Assembly: GCA_043814315.1 (NCBI GenBank)
Contig: JBDRKE010000010.1
Location: 2,896-66,895, forward strand
DNA length: 64,000 bases
Source: Candidatus Omnitrophota bacterium
Lineage (GTDB): Bacteria; Omnitrophota; Gorgyraeia; Gygaellales; Profunditerraquicolaceae
Direction: 5' to 3'
Shown here piece by piece: positions 1 to 6,082 of this stretch (positions are counted from its first letter, which is position 1; each line of letters begins with the position of its first letter). The translations under genes and the position numbers were made by a program. The notes beneath the pieces are model-generated. The model had not been told where the DNA came from, did no database searches, and worked only from the letters and a program-made list of their open reading frames with translations.

Positions 1-417
1 TGGGTAAGATATAAGTGCCAGTTCGGCTGCGATGGTTACGGAGGATGCCTTACCTGTCCGCCAAACTCGCCTACCCCTGAACAGACGCAGAAGGTAATCA
101 ATTCCTATTCTAAGGCTATCCTTATTCATGTGCCAAGCGCATGGAAGGCGGATATCTCTGATATTGTTTCAAAATTGGAGAAAGAGGCGTTCCTGGCCGG
201 TTATTACAAGGCGTTCGGCATGGGAGCGGGCCCTTGCAGGCTGTGCCGGGAATGTGACTTTAAGAACGGCTGCAGGCATGCGGATAAGGCAAGGCCGGCC
301 ATGGAGGCATGCGGGATAGATGTATTTAGAACCGCGCGCAATAACGGTTTACCCATCAATACGGTTGATTCGCTGCGGTGCAAGGCCTCTTATTTTGGCC
401 TGGTGCTCATTGAATAA
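1..417 (+). CDS. DUF2284-like predicted metal-binding protein, 5' end cut by the window edge
   Basis: Frame 1 is open from base 1 (WVRYKCQFGCDGYGGCLTCPP...) and runs into tracked ORF 130..417. Cys-rich CxxxCxxYGxCxxCPP and CRLCRECD motifs. Confidence 0.55.
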   Translation, partial: WVRYKCQFGCDGYGGCLTCPPNSPTPEQTQKVINSYSKAILIHVPSAWKADISDIVSKLEKEAFLAGYYKAFGMGAGPCRLCRECDFKNGCRHADKARPAMEACGIDVFRTARNNGLPINTVDSLRCKASYFGLVLIE

Positions 418-453
418 GAGAGAGGCCCCGTGGTATCTGAAAAGAGGTAAGGT

Positions 454-691
454 ATGCTGATACTCGTGAAGATTATCGGAATTTTTATAACCTGTATGGG
501 GATTGTGACTTTTTTAAATCCGAAACCGGCGAGAAAGATAATGGCTTATTGCCGGCCTTCTTATCTTTATCCTAGGATTAGAAAGGATAAAAGCCATGCT
601 TGATTGGTGGAATAAAAAACCAGATTCCTTTTTACGCCTGATGAGTTTGTTCATTTTTACCTTTGGTGCTTTAATTCTTTATTCTGCCTAA
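454..691 (+). pseudogene. Two short hydrophobic ORFs (454..603 and 596..691) that may be halves of one small membrane protein
   Basis: AGAGG RBS before ATG 454. The two ORFs are in different frames, each has one hydrophobic helix, and the junction is an imperfect palindrome (541..606). Confidence 0.2.
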
Positions 692-828
692 AAAGAATGG
701 GGTCAGAATATTCTTTTTCAGAAAATAATTCTGAACTCATTTTATTGATTCAGCCCTGTTTTTAGACGGTGGAATTATGTGTCTTAAATTCGCTTTCCAA
801 AGAAAAGAAAACGTTTTCAAAAAAAAGC

Positions 829-857
829 TTGACAAAAGGAGAATTTTAAGCTATATT
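829..857 (+). promoter_or_regulatory. Sigma70-type promoter TTGACA-17 bp-TATATT
   Basis: TTGACA at 829..834, 17-bp spacer, TATATT at 852..857, in an A/T-rich upstream context. Confidence 0.55.
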
Positions 858-863
858 CCTCAC

Positions 864-992
864 AGTTGTAATTTGACATAATTTAACGTTATTATAGGTC
901 CGTTTCCTGCATGTTTTGGAGGAACAAGCAGGAGTGCCACGGAGAATTCAAGCCGGACTGACTAAAGGGTCAGTCCGGCTTTTTTGTTTTTT
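864..992 (+). ncRNA. Candidate ~130-nt leader or small RNA that ends in an intrinsic terminator, upstream of giant gene 1
   Basis: Bounded by the promoter at 829..857 and the terminator at 951..992. Contains no ORF. Has an internal stem 905..933 (TCCTGC...GCAGGA) with a GGAGGA-containing loop. Confidence 0.35.
951..992 (+). terminator. Rho-independent terminator
   Basis: Perfect 12-bp stem AGCCGGACTGAC / GTCAGTCCGGCT, 6-nt loop, then TTTTTGTTTTTT. Confidence 0.8.
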
Positions 993-1092
993 AGATAATA
1001 AATAGTTTTAAAAAGACTTGTTGCAAATCGCATGGTTCAAAACAAATCATCTTTCAAAAACCTATTTGTTTCAAATAAAACAGGAGGAAAAA

Positions 1093-4000
1093 ATGTCGCG
1101 TAAAGTCTTTTCTTGGCTCATTATTCTGTGCATGCTCTTCCAGCAGACCGGCTTTGCCCAGGGTCTTTCCCAATTAGAACTATCTAATTATTTTACTAAA
1201 TCATCCAATGCCTTTTCAGGGCCAGAGAAGTTTAGTCCCTTGCATTTACGGTATTTTTCCTATGACCCGCTCACGGATAACTTCCAAATTCTAATCGATA
1301 AGGGAGACGTAAAGGGAATCAAAGAAAGCCAGATTAAAGAACAAGGTCAGAGACTCCTAGAACATTTTCTTGTTGGTGTAGCTCTTCCTGATGACAATTT
1401 CTGGGTTAATCTGCGTCCTGACTCAGAAGACCAGGTTATTGACCCTGCATTAGCCAGGACTGATTTAGGAAAGGTTCTGCTGGAAGCCGACCTGCAGCTT
1501 AAGAAAGATGTTGCAAGGTTTACTTCTCCCCAGACTCCTGAAGGCAAAGATTATTGGAATAAACTATACCAGAAAGCTGAGCAGATTTTTGGCTCTGAAA
1601 ACGTAAATATTCCTGCTCTGGTACGTCCCTGGATAGTTCCGGGTGAAGTCATTATCCGCGAGAACGCAAATTCCGCTTATGTATATAAAGGAGTATTAAA
1701 GGTCATGCTTGAGCAGGATTACTTAAAAAACTCCGCTGACTATAACTTCAGTGACCCCCGGCTTAAAGAACTAAACGAATATTCTTCGCAATTAATCCGC
1801 GAAAAAATCATTCCTAAACTTACCAGAGAAGTGAACTCATCTTCCAGATACGCCTCCTTAAGGCAAGTTTTCTATTCCTTAATATTATCCCGCTGGTTTA
1901 AGCACAAGTTTGCGGGTGAAACCGGACAGTACGCAAGCCTGATTAACACCGGAAACCTAAGCGGCTTAACCTCTGAAGCATCATGGTCAAAAACAACATA
2001 TTTTAAAGAATATCAAAAGTCCTTTGCCAAGGGTGAATACAATATTAGAGAGCAAGTGAATGGAGCGATGGGGCCGGTTATCAGGACTTATTTTAGCGGC
2101 GGTGTGTCTCTTATGAAAAAAGATTTAGTGACACCTACGGTTATTGATTCGACTTCGCCAATAGCAACTTTTACTGGAAGCAGCCCTATGGTAACTGGTG
2201 GTTTAGGAAAAGATAAGATTTCTCTTGCCGGACAAGCAAACGGACAGATTGTGCCGGACTTAGAGGCTGGAGCATTGCCAATCAGTCCAGTGGAAGCGAA
2301 ACCTCGGGTTGCCAATTCGCCGATGGCACAAATAAGAACTGACTTTACAGTGCCGGAGGGCCAGAAACCAGGATTTTTTACTAGCGACTACCATTCGTAT
2401 GTGATAAGCGAGTTATTCGCAAATCCTGTCGAGCAGATTCCCGATGCAGTTGTGAACGCAGTCAAAAGAAAATTAAAAAAAGATATGGCGGAAGGAAAAA
2501 TATTAAGCGCAGAGGTAAATGATTATGGCGCTTCTGAAATAAGTATCCAGGTTACCCATAGGTTTGGCGAACTAAACGCTGCTGTCCAAAGATTGATCAT
2601 GGAAGCTATGAAAGAAGGAGCTTTAAAGGCCCAAGAACTTGGCCTGTTGAAAAAAGACATAAATATAGCTTCAATGAGCTTAGAGGATTTAGCCAAGAAC
2701 CTTAGAGTAAAACGCGAACCATATTCCATAACTGAGCGAGGCTCAGAGTCATTCGTAAGAGTTAAGTTGATTGGTGCTGCCATCGGAGCAGCCAATATTA
2801 AGCTCTATCATCAGTTTTTTATCCCTGGCGCTACGCCGTTACAACCGCTAGGGCTTCTCATTAAAGTGGATACTAAAAAGAAAGACAAGCTTCCTGTGCG
2901 CGGTTTTAGAGCTGTGGTGAGAAGAGTTGATGATGTCTTAAAGGGAAAACTTGACGGAGATGTTTGGGAATATGAAACGTCTGTAGAAGTAGAAATAGAT
3001 GGCGTAAAATATCCTGGTGTAGATCAAGGTCGCCAACTTTTAACCAAGGCTGGCCAGCCCAATGAGTTTCTTATTACTGAAGTTTATCCTGTAGAAGGCA
3101 GCCTTGTGACTTCAACCGAACCATTGGTTAAAGTAGTGTATCAGCCGGTTTATGGAGAAGATGGCAGCTTAAGAACACTTAATCCCACATTTTTGTGCAG
3201 AAGCCAAAGCGGCGCAGATGCTGTGGCTGGAGTTGCCAGCATGTTTTATGATGTTAATTTTGTTCCCGGTGGAAATAACGGAAAGCGTTATGTAGTCACA
3301 ATGCCGGTAACCAAAAAAGAGGCAAGGAAAGCTCCCCCTGAAGGGATTGCCTATGTTGTGGTTGACGGTTGGCAATTTAAGGGAAACGGCATCATCCCTC
3401 AGGAAAAAGACGGAGTTATTGATCATGTAGGTATAAATCCTCCTGCACTGCAACCCGAGCGAAAATTGGCTAAGTGGCTTGCGTCAATCATGACGACCCA
3501 TAAAAAGGACCAGCCATATATAGCTCCCTTTGCAGCAGAGGAAGAGGTTGAACCACTAAGAAAGGCGCAAAACCATCTTTTTAAGCGCGCGCCCAAGGAA
3601 GCAGATATAGACCTGGTTATGGATGAAGTAGAGGCAAAAGTGGAGAGCGGTAAATTAATATCTTTTCATGACATTAAAGCTGACATGGGAGGAAAAGATG
3701 GGCACAACTTTACTCCCGAATATATGTTGGCAATTGATAGGACATCGCAGATAGAAGCTATTGAAAAGGGAGAGATGACCGACGGAAACATCATCGGTTT
3801 TGTTGAAAAGAGCCGTTTAAAAAACGGTACAACTAACAGCATCGGTGATGATGAACATATTATATCATTAGGGGATAAATCGCGCAACGGTGCAAATGCG
3901 AACCAATCGTCGTTTACAGCATTGACGCGAGGTTATCTTGCGTCTATGGTAGGCAAAAGGACAGACTTCGATCCCGCAACTCCTTTAAATACGAAAGAGG

Positions 4001-5997
4001 CTTTGGAGAAGGCCGAGAAACCTTATGGTAGAGCTCAAGATTATGCCGGCAAAGAGGCAAAAGCAGCCATGGCCAATCCCTATTTTTATTCTCGTCTCAG
4101 CGAGCGTTTTTTTGAAATACTTAGAGACATTATGCCATTAGACTATAAGCAGATGGTTGAGAATATGTACAAGGGTTGGAAATATTGGCAGGAACACGGC
4201 ACTATCGGAGTCCTTCCCGATCCTTTTTCAGGCAATGTTTCCTCCCAAGGCATGGGCGCATCTCGTTATTTAGTGGACACAGCCAATGGCGAGAGGAGAG
4301 TTGGTATTCTGGCCGGAGATAAATGTGGGCCAGCAGGCATAAATAGGCCGATCAGAGAAGGAGTATATGCTTTAGGTGAGGCTTTACAAAATGGGACTGC
4401 TGACATTCCGGACTGGATAAAAGATAAAGCAGAACAACTGAAGGCTTTACAAAATGGGACTGCTTCTATTTCTATTGAAGATTGGATAAAAAAACATCTG
4501 CCCGGAGAAATGGAAGCTTTTCAAAAAGGGCTCATTTCTGTTAAAGATTTGATAGAAATGGGTAGAAAAGAACAAAAATATTTACTTGAGCTGTTGGCAA
4601 GCCTTAGGAAAAATGGTATGGTATTTGAGATATGGGATGCCAAGGCTTTTGATGAACACGGTAACATTGCTGTAAATGAAATACCGGAAAGTTATGCTGA
4701 TATTGCAGATGCCGTACCTGAATTAAAAGATGATGCAGGCCAAGATGATAAAGCAGGCCAAGATTTTATTAAAAGCTCTTATAAGGACGGATTCCTCAGG
4801 GGTGATTTGTCAACAGCTGATAAAGAAAAGTTAGCTGCATTGATAGAGAAATCAGGTTTTGTTCCCACCAAGAGGATATTCCTCGACGCTCAACAGGATA
4901 AGGCGGCAGTTGAGCTTTATTTAGCTGATTCTGACAGATTTAACATTAAGCAGGTATGGGCCAAAAATAAAGCCGGTTGGGATATTAATAATCCACAGGA
5001 TTATTTAGACAAGCCATTACTGGGTAGTTCAGTTACCAAATTAGGCATACTGGCAGGCGGAGAATATATTGGTAAAGATGATCCAGTTATGGCGGGAAAT
5101 ATCATACTGATGGAACATATCTACGCGTTTATTAAGAAGCATCCTGTTCTCCTTCAGGGAGATATGAATGGTTCGCATTGGTTAGCAGCTATTCCAACGG
5201 CATTTAAATATGCCGTGGCCAACAAGGAGAGCCACCCTATATTAGTAGGGATGGTCTATACTTTATCTGAAGATGGCAAAACCTTGGTCAGCGTTGAGGA
5301 TATTTTTGGTAAAAAGGATTATGCGCCTATTCGTAACAAGATGTTTAAGTTCAATTTTGAATTTAAGAAAGCTCAGTTGGGTGGTCAGTTTGAGCCCTAT
5401 GGCACTAACCGGCGCACAATAGAAGCAGCCTATCCTAAAAATAAACTGCTTAAGCAACTTGAAGACCCGCGTTCACCTTTTCTAATTAGGAATATGTTAC
5501 CTGAGAAGAGGAAATTAAGGCCCATTACTATGGTGGAGGCAACAGCCGAGCTTTTTAAGGTAGCCACTGCTGCCAGCCCGGCTACGGTTAAAGAAAGCGT
5601 TGAGCCTAACGGACAGGCGGGAAGCCCGGCAACGCAGCAGAACAAGGCCCAAGTTGCCCCAGGCGGTATTGACTTTCGCATTATACCTATGATTACCCAG
5701 CCCATGGGAAATCTTTCGGGCCTTAACTTTAGCCTGCCCAAGTTAGCTAATGTTGAGAGCATCAATCTTGAACAGGAATTCAGTCAAATTCAGAATATGC
5801 TTAAGGCCGGGATCACTCCTTCTTCGGAGCGCTTGAAGGAATACGTGGCTGCCTGTTATCAAAAAGGAGAGCTCAAAGAACACATAGAAGGGATAGTTGC
5901 GTGTTTGGTGGATATTTGCAAGTTGGAAGAGGAGAGAGTATCTGAAGCTGACAATGCATTGAAAGAAGTGTTACTTATCTTAGATGCAGTTGGATAA
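1093..5997 (+). CDS. Giant signal-peptide protein 1 (1634 aa): shared N-module, degenerate plus intact FBP aldolase/phosphatase-like domains, shared C-module
   Basis: Start moved from tracked 1018 to ATG 1093. The RBS GGAGGAAAAAATG and the first ~23 codons are conserved with the downstream paralog. MSRKVFSWLIILCMLFQQTGFAQ looks like a Sec signal peptide. Enzyme motifs are listed in the domain entries. Confidence 0.85.
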   Translation: MSRKVFSWLIILCMLFQQTGFAQGLSQLELSNYFTKSSNAFSGPEKFSPLHLRYFSYDPLTDNFQILIDKGDVKGIKESQIKEQGQRLLEHFLVGVALPDDNFWVNLRPDSEDQVIDPALARTDLGKVLLEADLQLKKDVARFTSPQTPEGKDYWNKLYQKAEQIFGSENVNIPALVRPWIVPGEVIIRENANSAYVYKGVLKVMLEQDYLKNSADYNFSDPRLKELNEYSSQLIREKIIPKLTREVNSSSRYASLRQVFYSLILSRWFKHKFAGETGQYASLINTGNLSGLTSEASWSKTTYFKEYQKSFAKGEYNIREQVNGAMGPVIRTYFSGGVSLMKKDLVTPTVIDSTSPIATFTGSSPMVTGGLGKDKISLAGQANGQIVPDLEAGALPISPVEAKPRVANSPMAQIRTDFTVPEGQKPGFFTSDYHSYVISELFANPVEQIPDAVVNAVKRKLKKDMAEGKILSAEVNDYGASEISIQVTHRFGELNAAVQRLIMEAMKEGALKAQELGLLKKDINIASMSLEDLAKNLRVKREPYSITERGSESFVRVKLIGAAIGAANIKLYHQFFIPGATPLQPLGLLIKVDTKKKDKLPVRGFRAVVRRVDDVLKGKLDGDVWEYETSVEVEIDGVKYPGVDQGRQLLTKAGQPNEFLITEVYPVEGSLVTSTEPLVKVVYQPVYGEDGSLRTLNPTFLCRSQSGADAVAGVASMFYDVNFVPGGNNGKRYVVTMPVTKKEARKAPPEGIAYVVVDGWQFKGNGIIPQEKDGVIDHVGINPPALQPERKLAKWLASIMTTHKKDQPYIAPFAAEEEVEPLRKAQNHLFKRAPKEADIDLVMDEVEAKVESGKLISFHDIKADMGGKDGHNFTPEYMLAIDRTSQIEAIEKGEMTDGNIIGFVEKSRLKNGTTNSIGDDEHIISLGDKSRNGANANQSSFTALTRGYLASMVGKRTDFDPATPLNTKEALEKAEKPYGRAQDYAGKEAKAAMANPYFYSRLSERFFEILRDIMPLDYKQMVENMYKGWKYWQEHGTIGVLPDPFSGNVSSQGMGASRYLVDTANGERRVGILAGDKCGPAGINRPIREGVYALGEALQNGTADIPDWIKDKAEQLKALQNGTASISIEDWIKKHLPGEMEAFQKGLISVKDLIEMGRKEQKYLLELLASLRKNGMVFEIWDAKAFDEHGNIAVNEIPESYADIADAVPELKDDAGQDDKAGQDFIKSSYKDGFLRGDLSTADKEKLAALIEKSGFVPTKRIFLDAQQDKAAVELYLADSDRFNIKQVWAKNKAGWDINNPQDYLDKPLLGSSVTKLGILAGGEYIGKDDPVMAGNIILMEHIYAFIKKHPVLLQGDMNGSHWLAAIPTAFKYAVANKESHPILVGMVYTLSEDGKTLVSVEDIFGKKDYAPIRNKMFKFNFEFKKAQLGGQFEPYGTNRRTIEAAYPKNKLLKQLEDPRSPFLIRNMLPEKRKLRPITMVEATAELFKVATAASPATVKESVEPNGQAGSPATQQNKAQVAPGGIDFRIIPMITQPMGNLSGLNFSLPKLANVESINLEQEFSQIQNMLKAGITPSSERLKEYVAACYQKGELKEHIEGIVACLVDICKLEEERVSEADNALKEVLLILDAVG
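2340..3450 (+). other. Degenerate FBP aldolase/phosphatase-like domain of giant protein 1
   Basis: IQVTHRFGELNAAVQRLIMEAMKEGALKAQELGL resembles the LIMTHTRGELD...AKDLGL region of the archaeal-type enzyme. The IKADIG start is absent, GDD is replaced by GAS, and the YxGKDD position reads YGEDGS. Confidence 0.45.
3650..5500 (+). other. FBP aldolase/phosphatase-like domain with catalytic motifs retained and large insertions
   Basis: ISFHDIKADMGGKDGH (Asp/His spacing as in SVIKADIGSLAGH), IGDDEH, DPFSGNV, EYIGKDDPVM (Tyr-x-Gly-Lys-Asp-Asp), MNGSHW. Confidence 0.7.
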
Positions 5998-6082
5998 GCC
6001 GTAACAACTTGAAAAATAATCCTGCAGCTGGAACGCAGGTGTTATATTTTAAATTTTGTTGTTCTTAACAAAGGAGAAAAAA

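Noticed and set aside
417-1092. Search of the larger intergenic regions (417..1092, 20981..21262, 58092..58559) for tRNA, tmRNA or other known structured RNA genes.
   Set aside because: I saw no cloverleaf-compatible sequence with a GTTCRANNC-type T-loop or other recognisable signatures. This was done by eye only, so small RNAs cannot be excluded.
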